Below, piece after piece: positions 62,817 through 64,000 of a stretch of 64,000 nt of DNA. The stretch is taken from assembly GCA_030141605.1 (NCBI GenBank), contig JAQGDQ010000115.1, positions 372,001 through 436,000 on the forward strand, read 5' to 3'. Under the pieces are notes generated by a model. The model had not been told where the DNA came from. It saw nothing but the letters and a program-made list of their open reading frames with translations, and did not search any database. Numbering within the stretch: the stretch's first letter is position 1; each line of letters begins with the position of its first letter. Source of the DNA: Tubiluchus corallicola. Lineage: Eukaryota > Animalia > Priapulida. Position numbers and translations under genes: made by a program.

Positions 62817-64000
62817 AGGAGGTTATACAGGAGGAGAGTAAGCCAACTATGAAAAACTGGACAAGGTTGTGTTTGGCTAGCTACTCAGTGGATGAGACAT
62901 TGGTGCAAGACACGGAAAACATGGTTTACTCACCACGAAGGTGAGTTACGAAGTTAATAACAATAACAACGTGACCGAGACCTATGAATTGTGCACTTTG
63001 TGCCGACGGTGCGCATTGAAAAACGCTACATCACTACATGCAAGTTTAGGTTTCATTAATTAGATTATGACTGCAAATGCCAGAATGTTCCTGCTATTGC
63101 GGCTTATTTTACAATCATTACCCAGTGCAGGTAATGTGTTGAAAAGAATGAGTTTAGACTTCTCACTCACGTTGCCATAACGAAAAACAAGCGTTGATTT
63201 TGAACTCGCATCGAAACCTGCCAGCGTCTAATTTAACTTAAGGTGTAATTAAACTAGTGAGGAATTCCTAAAATTAAAACGTAAAGTCAGAGAAGAACTT
63301 CGTTTTTAGGCTTTACTCAAGAACACCTATTGGCAATATGGGACTGCTTTCAAGAAAGCTCATTTTTCCTCGAAGTCAAGCGACGATTTCCTGTATTTGA
63401 GGTTCAGTTTCTGCTCTGCTTACATGGCAAACATGAATTTGCAAAGTATGAAATTATTGTTAAGCTAATAAAATTTTATGTGTTATTTTTTCATTTGGCA
63501 ATGATATTCATTTATTTTATTCAATGATTCTTATCTGTTAATGGACTGTTAGTATGAGTGGAAGTTTCGTAGTTGTTCAATGATGAATGCTAAGAGAGCA
63601 AGAGCTAGGCTAACAAAGTACGGGTACATAGTTCCTAGGTTCAGCCTAGCAAAACTGGAGCTTGTTTATCAGTATGTTAGGCCAATACAGAACTTAGTAT
63701 TCCTTCCTCAGCCTGGCAAGCGTGCAGCTTGTTGTCTGTCAAAATGTTACAGATTGTGCGACAACTTCACAGTCGTTAGATCTGTGGATGCAAGTAGTGT
63801 TGTTACATTATCTGCTTCTGGCCTTACATAGAACATGTAATTGCAGTCCTGCGGCCTAGAAAACTGTTTAACAAGTACTTGGTTAACTGTTAATATGTGC
63901 CACATTGTAGCTGTGTCGCTATGATGATTCAAGTAGACATTCCACTGGCTGACGCTGATTGATAAAAGTAGACATGTACATCACTTTACCTCTTAAGTAA

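Overview
AT-rich genomic DNA from an invertebrate animal. GT-AG introns, a CaRF gene and an AKH/GnRH-type precursor suggest a non-insect, possibly spiralian, species, but this is inference only. The exon models were read by hand. In order: the 3' 16 exons of a ZFR/Zn72D RNA-binding protein gene (+, 394-17019); a two-exon secreted, probably GPI-anchored LRR gene (-, 18552-21050); two tandem single-coding-exon C2H2 zinc-finger paralogues (-); a 9-coding-exon dual oxidase maturation factor gene (DUOXA/NIP, +, 34491-44177); an AKH/GnRH-superfamily neuropeptide precursor (+, 49849-51326); a CaRF gene with an intronless CDS (-); an apparently intact autonomous hAT transposon with perfect 8-bp TSD (58437-61570); CR1-like LINE fragments; and several MITEs. 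The most striking observation is a 3.25-kb, 45-bp minisatellite (about 72 units) in DUOXA intron 5. Its unit is the exon-6 3' splice site itself (branch point, pyrimidine tract, AG and exon start), so the gene carries a ladder of dozens of candidate acceptors, of which only the last ~13 give an in-frame, stop-free product. The second is a predicted non-amidated, C-terminally extended 17-residue AKH-type peptide (pQLSFTLGWGANYPGDEV).
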